Shown piece after piece: positions 63,664 to 64,000 of a stretch of DNA of 64,000 nucleotides (positions are counted from its first letter, which is position 1; every line of letters starts with the position of its first letter). The DNA is taken from positions 62,001 to 126,000 of the forward strand of contig OZ037773.1 of assembly GCA_964035545.1 (NCBI GenBank), given 5' to 3'. This DNA comes from Bugula neritina (lineage: Eukaryota > Animalia > Bryozoa). The notes under the pieces were generated by a model that ran no database searches, was not told the DNA's origin, and saw nothing but the letters and a program-made list of their open reading frames with translations. Position numbers and translations under genes: made by a program.

Positions 63664-64000
63664 ATATTTACTACAAATTTCAAAAATAGCATAAATTAAG
63701 TAGTATTACTGTGCCTATTTGCATCCAATTTACTAGTCTTACATTTATAGCAACTATAACGTATTTTGTGTAAAATGGTTATTGCAAGTATTATTCAATT
63801 CATATTCACGTTGTAATCACAGCGAAGCTTAAACTTTATAGCTTTGTATTTACGTGCATGATTGGGTTTCAATTTTTTTTAAATTTTATATGCATTGAAA
63901 ATATGTTTAAAAACTTTACCAATGAACAAAAATAAAAAAAATAGACACATAAAATAAAAGAAAATAAAATCACAAAAGTGGCAAAATTTTTCCTTAATAA
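63664..64000. mobile_element. Arm of the same hAT-like element as 21254-23281
   Basis: Highly similar to 22863-23200. Confidence 0.8.

Overview
AT-rich metazoan (eukaryotic) genomic DNA with spliceosomal introns and no prokaryotic features. It holds six copies of one Ty3/Gypsy LTR-retrotransposon lineage: one essentially intact, very young element (C, 24168-31669, minus strand, identical 306-bp LTRs, CATG TSD) and degenerate or chimeric relatives A1/A2, B1/B2 and D. It also holds several non-autonomous DNA transposons and a multi-exon three-Ig-domain type-I membrane protein gene that the ORF track misses. Positions 1-20755 are repeated almost identically at 34197-54960. The main finding is an intron-containing accessory gene (ORF3) between pol and the 3' LTR, which is not env. 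A 22-25-nt ATG micro-exon is joined in phase 1 across a 264-278-nt GT-AG intron (TACTAAC branch point in C and B2) to an exon encoding, in C, B2 and D, tandem zinc fingers and a coiled coil (plus an Arg/Ser-Pro basic tract in C). The exon-intron structure is seen in four divergent family members. A second conserved phase-1 donor lies in the gag 5' end, so the layout resembles that of a complex retrovirus. All calls are by-eye readings; no database searches were run.
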